Assembly (NCBI RefSeq): GCF_964204645.1
Contig: NC_134031.1
Coordinates: 5,146,001-5,210,000, forward strand
Length of the DNA stretch: 64,000 nucleotides
Origin: Tubulanus polymorphus
Lineage: Eukaryota; Animalia; Nemertea
Direction: 5' to 3'
The notes beneath the pieces are model-generated. The model worked only from the letters and a program-made list of their open reading frames with translations, was not told where the DNA came from and ran no database searches. A program made the translations under genes and the position numbers. Shown piece by piece: positions 12,044 to 25,026 of the stretch; within the stretch, counting starts at the first letter, position 1, and every line of letters starts with the position of its first letter.

Positions 12044-12523
12044 GTTCTGACAGATGAAAAACGATGCCAGGCCTTTTTTCGTCTGCTTTGAATTCCAACT
12101 GTGACGTCATTGTTAGTAATAAATATAAATTCATGTTTTCAAGATATATAAGACATGTGTAGTGAACAATTTTTGACGATTTCGATAATTTTCATATCCG
12201 TTCAATTTTTAGGATTTGTATATTATGGGTATTCTGTCTATTCTGTATGAAGTTCAAATTTGAATTACGAGTGACTCTTAAGTTCGACGTGTTGCACTTG
12301 ACAAATTTAAGTTGTTTTTTTCTGTAAGTTGTAAAGCTAGAGGCGCAAGCTTGTTTAAACTGCGGCAGTGCGGTACCTTAATTTTGTCGCTGCGTCTTTC
12401 TGGATTGAACGTCAACGTTCGAATACGTTGGTCGTGACACAATATACCCGATCGCAGGCCTCTGATCCGCGGGTATTTCTAGCTTGACCTCGTAGATTGT
12501 AACCGCTTTTATCTTTGTTTTAG

Positions 12524-15500
12524 GATGACCTTGACACAGCATTTGACGCCGGGGGTAAGGTAACCGTCGGTTTAACTGCTACGACGATCGTTTCGCAGTG
12601 GACGTGGGCAGCAACGTTGCTTCAATCGTCTGCCGTAGCGAGCAAGGTACTATTTTTTTGTTGTTGACATCTTGTTGAACCCGTGGGCGAAACGTCGCGG
12701 TTGATTTTGAAATTATCACCTTTCCACGATATTAACCTCACCGATTCCAATGGACTAGCTATGAGCTTCGATTCCAATGGACTAGTTATGGAGGGCCTCC
12801 CCAAAATTATCTAAAAATGGCATTTGACATAAAAGTAGACAAGATTCATAGCCATAGCTGCATAGTTTTTTCAGACATTTCTAAAATTCCTCACTCATTC
12901 ATAGTGGAATATTTTTCGTTTTTTCCCTCTTTTAAAACCAGTTCGGAATCAGCGGACCCTTCTGGTATGCGGCAGGAGCAACTATACAAATTCTTCTGTT
13001 TGCCATGATATCCGCCCAGTTGAAAATTCGAGCCCCGGGCGCGAAGACGTTCTTGCAAGTGATCTGGGCGCGATTCGGCAAGAAAACCCACATCGTTTTC
13101 TGTGGATTTGCGCTCACAACGAACATCATCGTCACGTCTATGTTAATGCTAGGTAAGTGGGAACTTGTAAAGCCTTAGGTGAGGTAAAACCTCACATTGA
13201 ATCGGTGAGAAAATACACATGACTGAATCGGTCTTCGCAGCGAATTCGCCTAAATGTGTCAATATTGGCCTTCCGAATTCAATCAAAGGCGAATTTTACG
13301 ACGAATGATTCGCCGAAAAAACTCGACTTGTCTGTTACGAGCTTTAGATACCAAAACGTCGGAATTCTCTTGGCCTGTTATAGATATACCTGGTAATATC
13401 AAGTTCATGAAATCCACTCCAGCTTTTTCTCGAGGAGTTGAATCTTGAAACGCGAATGCAGAAATTGGTCACTTTTCGTAGTTCCAACTATAGACGGTTG
13501 TAAATAGCTTTGTACAGCTTAACATTTCCCCTTAGCTATTCCTGCTCGCGTAACATATAACAGAGGATATAATAACCATTTCGTAGTAAATTGCTGCGCG
13601 ACTCGCGATGCTCAGTAAATGACCATCATCCAGGTAAACTCGCGGCAATTTCCTCGGCAGAACACTCGGCATCAGATTTACGGACGTCCTAAATGACTTC
13701 TGGTCTATTACTGGTAACATCAAACATAAACATCTCAGGTTGATAATTAGAGGGTAAAGGTAGTTCAGAACACTATGTAGCACATTTTTGCGCGCTACCA
13801 TCAATAATGCAAGCACAAGAATCGGTATTTTTCAAGAAAATTGCATATTTTTTTCAATAGATACTGGAAGATAAGAAGATGCAATCAATATTGATTTGAA
13901 TGAAATCAAATTCGGAATTTCGTATATGGCAGCACTGTAGCGCTGGAGTGCTGCTCCTGTTGACTCTTCAAGTAGCTAGGGAAACACCTATAGCTAATTC
14001 GTATGGACTGTAAATGCCGTTTTTCACTAACCATAAAGCGCCGGTGAACATTTTCTAAATTAAACAGGCGCTATACAAATTTAAAGATCATCTTTATTGC
14101 TAATCAGGATGATAGTCGAATAGTCGAAACGTTCAAATAAACTACGAGCTCGATGAAACAATTAATATGTCAATATGGCGTCGAAATTCGAATTCATCAT
14201 TAGATAGCTGCTTTATGAAACATTTTAGACTAGTTTGTCTTTATTTGTGTGGAATCTATAAGCATACAATTTCGGGGATCTGTTCTGTCAACATGGCGTC
14301 GAAATTCATCAATGATTCATCGTTTACATTTTTCTGTTACATTTTTCTTCGTTAACGTATATTTGTAATATCGGACGATAATGTAACATTTTTTAATGAA
14401 AATGAATTTCGATTTCAATTTGTTTAGATAGCTGCTTTACGTCATTTTTTTCAGGCGGGGTCGCTGTATTGACGAATCTCGTGCGGGACCTGTGCGTCGA
14501 ATACGCCACGATGTTGATCTCCGTCATCATCGGCACGTACACGTTTATCGGCGGTCTGGGCGCTACGTTCTACGTATCGTACGTAAACACGGCCGTGTTG
14601 TTCATCGGCTTGTTCGCGTTCATGATACGAGTTTTCCACGCCGACGACGACCAAAACGCGTTGGGTAAGTCGGTTATTTAATGTTTGTATAGCGGACTCG
14701 GCTCAAAGCGTTGCCGGCACGTGAGGATCCCGCGATGATCCGCCAGGTTCGCTAGTGGTTACTGGGTTACCGCGCTTCAACTCCTGATTAGTAAATCAAT
14801 TTTCTGTGATACCTAATATAAGCCTACCATACACTGAGTGCGAAAGCGAACCTTCTATCCGATGACTTGTTTGGTAATTATATCGGTTTTGAAAGCCTAA
14901 AATCTAGCTCAAATTTCATCGAAAATGAAAAGATTCGCAGAGAAGCCGCGTTAACCTGGTGAAGAATGAATACAACTAGGCGGATAGTACTTTATAGGTT
15001 CACTAGTTTATTTTTTTTCAAGAACGAGCTTTCGCTGCTAATGTAGTGGTTTCATTTTCACCTGATGAAACGACTCGTTGTATTGATTGAAAATGAACTA
15101 CGAAAAGAAAATCACTTTTTGCGCCATTGTTGCCACACGCGCACACACGTGCCGACAAATACATGATAGTCAGGAGACGCATAAATGTAGTCTTCCCGTT
15201 TAAGAAGCCATTCGCATGTAGCTATTTGTTGGCGTTCAATAAGCCAAATGGACGCATCTCGATAACTACCATCGGTGATAATGATGGCTGAGAAGCTACT
15301 ACAGCTATGTTATCAGAATTGTAACCCAAGAAGATCATGCTGGGCGACTCACGCATGCATAACAACATATCGATAAGTGCATGTATGATCAATCTTCTAA
15401 ATTGGGAGGTGTGATATGTTTGGACTTAAGTCACGACTGTGCAACTGGCCCCAGGTGATGGAGACCATTTTAACGCTGACGGATAACACAATTGAAATTT

Positions 15501-18500
15501 TGTAAACGAAATTATGTAATCGTGTTCTCTGGAAATAAAAGATCCAATGAATCTACCAATAAAAATGAAACAAAGAAAACAAACTGAAAGTTTTTAGACA
15601 CCTTGAAAAATGATATGAATATACCATTAATTGAATTGAATTAAGTTGATTGACCGGCAACGATTCCCATCATTGATGACGTAGTGCACATCCACTCACA
15701 TAATTGATTATCAAAATGGATGAAAATTCATTAAATAGAAACTGAGAGTCACGAGTTTGAATGATTATAAAATGATTGTAACTGTTAAATTGAAACGCCA
15801 ATATTGATGACGTAGTGTACATCGACTCAATCAGAACCCCTTACATAACGCATTGTTATCGATAAAAACATTTTCGTAACAGTTATTACGGCATCGAAAA
15901 CTTAAGAAATGTGGAGTCATTCTGTAAAATGGGCCCTGCCCAGGGCATGTGTGAAGTCTTGGCAAGAACTGGCAGAGCCAATTACAGTTGCACCACCAGA
16001 AAATTAGTATTGTACGTTTCAGACTCATTTCCGGACTCTGTCGGGCCGAATCATCACAATGTATATCAAGGCTGACGTCATCGTATAGTATTGTTTCTAT
16101 GGTTTCTAATTAAGCGCGTTTGTGTCTGGCATTGTGCGATATTGCTAGGCGCACTAGTGCGCATCTTTTCAAAAATGAAATACCGTTTATCCTACGACAT
16201 AATATAATAATGAATATTCTATAACACGAAAGGCTAAGATGAATTAATTTTTCATCAGATTTACATCGTCAAATTCGTCTGTTCTATCGCACTGCGGCAA
16301 TTTGTAAATTGGTATCGTTACGCTCGAAAAGAGAAATGGAATGAATCCTTTGAACTCGTAAAAAAATCCAATCAAACGAACTATGCCGACCTTAAAAATG
16401 ACAATGGAGTGATTATCAATCCTTCCTTTGACAAACAAAACGAATTGGTTTTTAAACTCGGTGATGTTGTTGATAATTAACTAAATTAGGTTGTTTAGAG
16501 GTAACGGCTTATTCTACCGCTGTTAAGACACGGGGGAAAGTGTGCGACGAACAAATACAAGGAAATTACGAAATTCTCTCGACTTTGATTTCGAAAAGAG
16601 ATGTTTTCTTGTCGAGAAAACCGTTCAAAATGCAGATATAGCCCATCTTTTATTCAAACATAGCCAGTTTTGAATGTTTCGATCGACTTGGATGCATTGA
16701 AAAAAATCATCCCTGTCTAAGTTAGATAAACGCAAAGGCACCAATTTGGATAGACCTATTTCTATCGTTTTTGCAGGAAGCATCGAAAAGATATACGAAT
16801 TGCTGAAATGCAGCAACACAACGATCGAGGGCAACGTTGAAAATAGTTACCTGACATTTCTGTCATTCCCCGGATTGATATTTGGAATCATTAACGTGAT
16901 AGGTGAGGAAGATGTGTAAATGTCATCGTAAGGTTGACTCGTAGATGATCATAACTTCTATGATCATCAACTGAAAAAAATATCGATTCACATGTGATAA
17001 CTAGGATATTGTATTTGCAATTCGCATGACGTCATTTAGACCGGTCTAAATCTGGCTCGTTTTTATTTGGATTGGACCAAGCGTTCACACTTGCAAAATG
17101 GCCGTTCCAAATCGTAAGTAGCGCAGTGCTCCCCCATTTGTCATCACGCTGATTTATATAGTTTTCAATTTTCATACAATTTCAAAATATTGCCTAGAAA
17201 TTAATGTGTAGCCAATCTACCAGAGCGTGAGTGAACGCACACTCTGATTTGGTCCGTTCCATATTTGGCCCGTTCCAGGTATAGACCCATTTATACCGGT
17301 CTAACTAGTGGTTATGTGAACGCAGCCTTTTTGGACCCTCAGCTATTGAAACCAGCCCCCTGGTTTGTTGTAGCATTGAACTGAAATAACTGAACTAATG
17401 GAACTGTTAAAAGTTAAAAAAAGGAATTATCACGGACAGGGTGGTAAGGGTAGTGATGAGACAATCAAGAGATGAAAAAAACTAATCATCACACAAAGAT
17501 AAAGATGAACGTGCAAAATGAAACGCGTCCGTGTAAAATGTAGAACATCTTCCCTTGCAAAAGGCAAGGTCTTTATATCACAGAGAATAATCAAAATTAA
17601 AATGACAAATAGCGCTATCATCAATGGATATGTTAATTATCAGAAGTCGTATGGAAGAGGGATTATTGTACGAAAAACAACGATTCTTCGGATGTTCTTT
17701 GTAAGTTTTCTCTTTCGACGCAATAATCCCATTTTCCACCGAACTCTTTTCCTGGGGTCATAGTCATTTTCAACTGTTTGGGGTTTTGAAGTTGACGCCT
17801 ATCACCCCATCGAACCAACCGCCTTAACGAAATATGAGTCCATCGTGTATCATGTTCATTTCACAGGAAATTTCGGAACAGTATTCGTCGACCAGTCTTA
17901 CTGGCAGAGCAGCGTGGCCGCTAAGCCGAAAGAAGGCGTTTGGGGTTTCCTGTTGGGAGGAATAATCTGGTTCTCGGTACCGTTCGCGTTTGCGACTACG
18001 ATGGGCTTGGCTTATATAGCGCTTGGTACGAATCAAGGCCAACCGTTGCTTACCATGGCTCAAGTCGATGCGGGTAAGTTATCAGCCCAAACGATGAATA
18101 AAGCTCTAAAAACCAGATACTTCCAGGATAACTTCATTCTAAAAGAGGACCAGTGAAGTCATGATACACCGCTAATACCTTCGTGATAGATTTGTTATCG
18201 TATTCCTCACTTTCGGGATCAAATTGACGGGAATATCTAGTAGATATCACTGGTATCTCATGGGTGGATGATGGTTCACAAGCAAGTTGTATCGTCGGTT
18301 CAGTTAAATGATCATCGGTCTTCAAAATGATCATGTTTTAATTTTGTTTCAACGCATTTGCCCAACAAAGGCGTATAGAGAGCCACCCGGTTCTCTGTTG
18401 GTTTCTCTAGGTGGATTCCGAAGTCGTCAACTCTGGTTCTTAAAATGTTTCACCAGTACAACGATAGTATCTCTTCTATGGGGGTTCATTTCTTCATTCC

Positions 18501-21500
18501 AGTTTATAAGTAGCCGTGTGAACTGCACACTTAGAAGTGAACATTGACACTTTGCTAATAGTCAGAAAATAGATATTACACATTTCCCAAACAACTGTAC
18601 CATTACATTCAGTAGAATGTTTTCAGCGTGTAGTATATATTGACAAATATTGCCATTTACCCAAGTGTATTTTGGATGGCCACATTTACGGTTAGCACGA
18701 AAGTTTTCAAGCACCTCTTGCTAATGGTACGTGCGTCTGAATCGCATTGTATTGCAGGTCTGGTGCCGCCGGTCGTGGCACAGAAGCTAATGGGAACTGC
18801 CGGCGAGTTCTTGATGGTAATAATTCTCATCATGGCCGTGACGTCAACCGGATCGGCGGAAGTCATCGCTGTCACCTCAATCATCATATACGATATATAC
18901 GGAATTCATCTCAAGGTAAAATACTAAAGGCTTCGATGATAAATCAACCAATCGTCTGGATACCAATGTCAAGGTTCTAAGCTATCTAGTTAATGAAAGG
19001 CCAATCACGCGTTGAATCGTTAAGACTTTATGAATCACCCAATCATTCACGAACTACGAAGACGTGCTGTGAAACTCGGGTGCTTAAGTTGTCGCCCAGA
19101 CTTAGCGTGTGATATACAAGATTTAAAACAATCATCCAATCACCCAATCACTAATAGAAAGCCAACCGGTCATCGTACAAGTTGCAAGCAAAAGACTTAA
19201 CAACTAGCTTATAGGACAATGATTTCGCTTCCAAATTCGAAAAACTTATCCTCACTGTATTAATTGATATCGTGGTTTAGGTAAACATATGATAATTCTT
19301 AGAGATAGCTAAATGAATCATTTGAGTTCTAAACTTCTGAGCTAATCTGTAATCTGAGATGAAAAAAGGCGAAACATTCAATCTGCCATGATTACTCGAG
19401 TATAAAGGCCTACCCGAACGTACCGGATTATTCATATATCCTCAATAAAAAAGACATCAAACAAACTTTAAAAAGCAAGACGAATATAATCCTTCATTTT
19501 GTATTCATTTCTGATCAATCATCATTCGAATTCGACGTGGTCATTTTCAGCAGCAATCAGAAACTAAGTAACGATCTTAGATCCTCTATTGACGGGAAGC
19601 TTAAGACTTTGTACTTCTTCGTAAACCGATTATGAGAAATATTTACGAGTCATACACATGATTTACACCACTAATCTTTAAAAAGAACGTACACTGTACC
19701 GAATCATTGGCATTTTCAAGATATTTCGGGATTTGGATATATCCACGTGCGTATGTGTTAAAATTATTTAAAATTCAAAGCTTTTTTGCCGAGTATCAGA
19801 CGGCTTGATAACACAGTCAACTTTCCAGCTTTTATGATAACGAATGTACGAATCATTATGTATGAATGTTTCCTTGAGCTAGTAGTTCAACGTTTCGACT
19901 TTATTCTTAACAGTTTTCCTGAAGATGGCTTTTAGGATATAGACAAAAACATTGAATAAACTGATACTAGCTCAAGGAAACTTTAGCGGACATCGTGGGA
20001 TTATTTTACATAATCGCCACAAAACGGATACAGTTTCTTATTAATGATGATTACTGCATCCATTTACTTTCTTTTATTAGCCTTACAGAAAGGTATTAGA
20101 CGCCAACAGTTGCGTTCTATGCGGACGCCAGCGCGGTAGAATGGCGAACCCACGTGACAAGTGCGTCTGTACGAGTAAAAACTATTGTCAAAGTTGCACC
20201 ACGGATGACCAGTAAGTGACGTGAAACGCATCATATCATCAAAGATCAAAGGTCTAATATAGGATAACCTCTTAGTATTTAGTGTCCTTAGAAGTACTTT
20301 TAGAAGTACTCCTATTTGCGTGGTCTTATTTATTTTAAAAGCAGTGTTTCAGCGATTTACTTTCCATACTATTGCCTGGATCAATGATACATATACTAAT
20401 AATTTTTTGTATAGGAAACATGTTCGATTGAATTCCGAGTGGCTTATAAAGCATTAACTTGGATTTGAAAAATCATAAGCTGATAAATAAGATCCATATA
20501 ATACTAGGCGCCTCAGCTGCCTTGACGTTCCTCAAAAACGTCCAAAACGCCCAAGCTCCGCGCCTGTGTTCCGGAACTGAAAGGACGTGATAACGTGGCT
20601 CTGATTGGCTGGTTGACTATAGGCCATAGGGTCGAACCACCAGCTGGACAATGAAGCTGCACCGAGAATCGCTTTTCGCAAAAATTTTGATCAATAGTTT
20701 TTCATTCACCCATCAATGTTTTCCTTCATTTTCAGGCAGCGCGCTGCTTGTACCCGAGCGACGAAACCTGCTTATAAATGCCGTACCCACGGTCACTACA
20801 GGTCGCACAACGACTACTTATCAACGCTGAAAAACTGGGGCATACTATTCGTTTCGTTAGCCATAGTTCCGCTAACGCTAGTACTTAGAGGAATCGGGGT
20901 AAGATGGGCCGTGGACTTGTAAACTTAATCTAGTATACATATCCATGCGAATACAAATGAAATACAGTTTTTGAAAGTATTCGACGAAACGTACCGTGTT
21001 AAGTTCGTTTCGATGACGAGCCCGCTGACTACGAGCGTTTGTCAGCGCCATACCATGTTCAAATTGCTGTCGCTCTGTCTTCCTTATTCTTTGATAAACA
21101 TCTTGTTATCGGAAACAGACGATACGGCTTTGCCGTAGTATCACCTGAGGCCAAAACACGCCTTGAACTCACGCGACGCGTTACACTCTCTTGATGAATA
21201 TCAGAAAAACGTCGTCAATTTGTCGATGACGGAATTTTTTGCACGGAATTACATTGAAAATATAGCATATATATGTATAAGATGTAAATGTTGTGGAAAT
21301 TTGAGAAGATCGTATTATCGAAAACGGTCGATCGAAGCTACGAAGACTTGATCGACATCGCAAATGAAAACTAAAATGATCAAACGTTTTCATTGCTTCG
21401 ATATTAGATTGATTGATGTAAGTGGCTAGGGTTTTTAAAACACTATTGGATACATGAGATAACGATTCTCAAAGCTCCATACAATGTTTTCCTACCTATA

Positions 21501-24307
21501 CTGTTTTCCGAGGTAAAAATGTAATACTCGATATTGAATTTGTATCAATTTGCGACGACTGGGTGAATTTGAATTGAATTGTCGATTATGAAATTCACTC
21601 ATACGCAGATCGATTGTCGATAAAAGATGATAGCTTTGGGCGCTTGAAAAATTTCTTCATCTCGAACTCGGAAAGATAATTCAGTAACATAGGAAATTTA
21701 GCGTTCTTTGGCAATGGGGTGCGGGTAATTTTGGCAAGCTAGGATTCAGCATTTATCCGCCAGGTTCGCCAGCGGTTATTGGGTTACCGCACCTTAATTT
21801 CTTCTGCATTTCAATTCGATTCGAATCATTGGTACATCGAATAAATTTTCAGTAAAATCTATAGGCATCATACGCCAATGAGAAAGCAAAAGAATCCTAT
21901 ATCTATTCGATGAGTTTCGTTTGACAATTTTCAGATTTGGCAGTCCAAAAATCGAGTTCAAATTTCGTCGAAAATAACGAGAGAAATCTCGTAACAAATT
22001 CAGCCAAAAAATTTAAAAGTTCTATTTTAAAATGATTATATTTCGAGCAACGTTTCGGCTAAATACTATAAGCCATCATCAGGCGTACTATCAATTTATT
22101 GTGAGATTTCTCTCGTTACTCATCATACACGGAAATCGTTATCTTCTCGTCTTTACATCGAAAATGCACTGATTTTCACTACCCGAACGACCCGGTGTTT
22201 TTGTTGCACCATCTGTGGGTGCCGGTGTCCTATTCTTACGAGAAAATGTCTCGTTTCTGTGAAAATACCTCACTTTGAACAAATGTCTTCACAAAAATAC
22301 AGTCACAGTCTATGGGATTTACTTAAGATACCCATAGCGATGAAACAAAATTCTATCTTCCTGAGCTTTCGGGAAGATTTCTTCTTCCAATCTTCCGAGT
22401 TTATGCAAAATACGAACTTCACACAGTTCTTGTCGTAACGGAGTTTCTCATTACATTTCTAATTCCAGATAAGTTTAGGTTGGGTGTACAATTTTATGGG
22501 TATCGTTATCGGGTCGGCTGTTATACCTATTACATTAGCGATGTTCTGGCAGCGACTGAACGCCGAGGTGAGCATGAATAAGATACTTCAAAAATCATTG
22601 GATGTGATAAACGAATCTATATAGGAGCTCCTAGTTGCAACAACCTGCAACTGATTATAAAATCTCAAAATGTCATTTTTTACCGAATGAGACATATCAA
22701 TGGAACGAAATCGATTATTCTTTGGATACATCAAATTATCGATTATTGAATATTGATCAAGTTCATTCGGAATTTTTCACATAAGCTTGTGTAATCTGAA
22801 GTGGCATTTTCAATGTAAATTGAGCAATACTGCACTATTACCTTTGAGGACGAAAATTACATTATAGCTCGCAGACGTAAAGTTTAGATTTCCAAACGAA
22901 TAATTATGTTCGCGCAGTTTGTCGAAAGGAACGTCTGCCTTCGAGACGCTTGTCAAACTAATTATCGAAATAGGCGAAAATGACGCAGAAATTAGAAACC
23001 TAAGGTGACAAACGACGTACGTACGCCATCGAATGAAGTTATTTTCAGGGTATGGTAATCGGTGCTTTGGTCGGTATGGTGACGGGAATTGTGAGCTGGC
23101 TGATCAAATCTGCTCTACTTCCGGGAGGACTGAGAAATTTCATAGCCAACACGGGTAAGTACAAAACGGTCTGCGCTTGGCAGTGCTTGTGTTCCTAAAT
23201 CGTCATTACGCGCTATTGGAAACGTACTTATGAAGAATTAAGTACGCCGCTGGTCCCTTTTGAAATTGCTAGGTCCCTGAATACTGATGTCCCGTTTGGT
23301 GACTGTACATTTTCCGTTTTCAGGTGATCAGTACACAGTATGCTGACGGGCAACATAGCGGCCATATTGACCGGCGGATGTTTGACGGTCGTAGTAAGTC
23401 TGATAACGAATCGTTCGTACGACGCGTGTAGCGGCACGGAAATATGGGAAAACACGAGGGATATAGATAATCCGCTTTCTCCTTGGACAGAGCTGTATTC
23501 CAAGTAGGCATTTGTGATGAATGTTTCCAATCGTTAACCGTAGTACCAAAAATAGAAAAAAGTATGATACAGATTTTAGGCGTGTAGCTATTCTCTCGGT
23601 ATAATCTATAATCTCTACTTTATATATACAGGGAACTTCAACTCAGTGGTTTACAGACTCTTGATAATCGCCCGTCGATGGCTGAGGTAGCCGCCACGTT
23701 TAAAACGGCTAAACTGACTGCCTACGTCGGTGCCCTGTCCGCATCATTCGTGCTGATTTTACTTTGGCCTGCTTGTATGGTGTCCATAGGAGTGATGGAT
23801 AGTTCACAGTTTGCTCAATGGGTACGTATTTACGTTATGCGCGTTGCAAGCTTTGGCCAAAGAAATTCCGGGGGAAATATGAAGGGAATGCTGGTTTTAA
23901 GATAAGATCATTTTATTGTTGCCTATGGCTTTCTTCGAATAAGTAAATGGACCACGTCTCCAGACGTTGCCGTACTTCTTGTAACTTCATTTACCCCGCA
24001 GGTTTATACGTCGGAAACGTGGGCGTTTCTGGCGGGAATTGCCATCATTATCTTGCCGGTCGTCAACGAAGCCATGTCCATACGAACGGCGTTGCGGGAA
24101 AAATCTCGAGTATTCGCTATAGAAATATCGCCGCGACGAATGGCGGCAACCGCGTCTGCTCGGCCGCGCGCGTCGATCGAGGAAGAAGTTGGACAACCAG
24201 CGCAGACGAACGGTGACGTCATTCACCAATCGACAGTCTCTGCCGCTGTTGCGCGGAAACAGTCGAGCGCCGCCTCGTCGGAAAGCAACCAACCGGTGTT
24301 TGGCTGA
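12524..24307 (+). CDS. DUR3: DUR3-like urea/solute:sodium symporter (SSS family), 5'-incomplete; 2-nt frameshift in exon 23324-23503
   Basis: Exons 12524-12646, 12942-13152, 14455-14664, 16777-16902, 17867-18073, 18758-18915, 20081-20211, 20736-20898, 22469-22567, 23049-23154, 23324-23503, 23632-23821, 24002-24307. Hallmarks VSQWTWAATLLQSS, GISGPFWYAAGATIQILLF, GNFGTVFVDQSYWQ, AVTSTGSAEVIAV, IGSAVIP, IDNPLSPW. Confidence 0.9.
19868..19981. repeat. Palindromic element with inverted, decayed hammerhead-like halves
   Basis: Perfect 17-bp IR gtttccttgagctagta/tactagctcaaggaaac enclosing aacgtttcgac and ctgaagatggct; relatives at 48112-48242, 14106-14160 and duplicate copy ~26740-26853. Confidence 0.6.
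22046..22088 (-). ncRNA. Minimal hammerhead ribozyme motif (antisense in DUR3 intron); duplicate at ~28924-28966
   Basis: Minus strand gc-CTGATGA-tGGCTtatagtatttAGCC-GAAAC-GTT-gc; weak stem I. Confidence 0.5.
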
Positions 24308-24720
24308 AAACGTTTCTATCGAGTATATCGGTGCGATTGCAGCTATCTAAGCATCGGTTGAATCTCGAAATCTGCCGAAATCACGATTCAGGATACGATC
24401 ACGATGCCGTCTATTAACAGATTTCTTTGTGCGTGTTCAATCTCTGTTGCGTTCAATTTATCAAAGGTTAGAACGAGATCATAGACATTCTCGAATGTCA
24501 CCTGCGGATTTTTACGAACATAGATTATATAATCCGTTTCTTCTCTGTGTGAGAATGTGAATAACTCTTTCCGTAGCTTCTTTTTCTAACTTCCGTTTCG
24601 TTCATTATAAATTGATTGCGTATCGACTCTTTTTCATTTGTAAATTCACCTGATTAAAAGTTTCAAGTTTACTTTTTATAGAATTGTTCAAATCATTTTC
24701 GTTCGATTCTAATCTCGTAA

Positions 24721-24900
24721 AGCCCAACGCACACGTCGCAGGGATACTCAGAAACCCGGAATCAAACATGTTTGATCTCGGAAATATTGTTTCCCGAAAC
24801 CATGTTTATCGTTTCTCGTAAACCACACGACAAAGGGAAACGCGTTGAACATGTTTCCGTCTCCTACTTCCGTGTTTCCCTGTGTCGTGTGCGTTGGGCT
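24721..24900. mobile_element. PIF/Harbinger (Tourist-like) MITE family B
   Basis: TIR AGCCCAACGCACACG / CGTGTGCGTTGGGCT, TAA on both sides; copies at 31581-31760, 43649-43819, partial 48350-48438, 58863-59006. Confidence 0.85.
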
Positions 24901-25026
24901 TAACCGATGAAAGTTAACGACAGATGCCCGCGGTTCATCTTCCTACGTTCAAAAGGTCTTATCTACTTTAACAGCGGCAGATCGAAAGTCAATGAGAGTC
25001 GCGAGACATGCTCCGCTCCGCTGAAC

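Noticed and set aside
10563-12044. R/K/F/A-rich ORFs (MARFCAVNF...) here and at 25008-25997
   Set aside because: Translations of the 154-bp repeat on both strands; no domain signal.
15061-15085. CTGATGA motifs here and at 9361, 61737, 62093 as hammerheads
   Set aside because: No properly placed stem II-GAAA-NUH.
23947-24292. Overlapping alternative-frame and antisense ORFs over the DUR3 last exon (also 30807-31173, 47252-47680)
   Set aside because: Shadows of GC-rich real exons.
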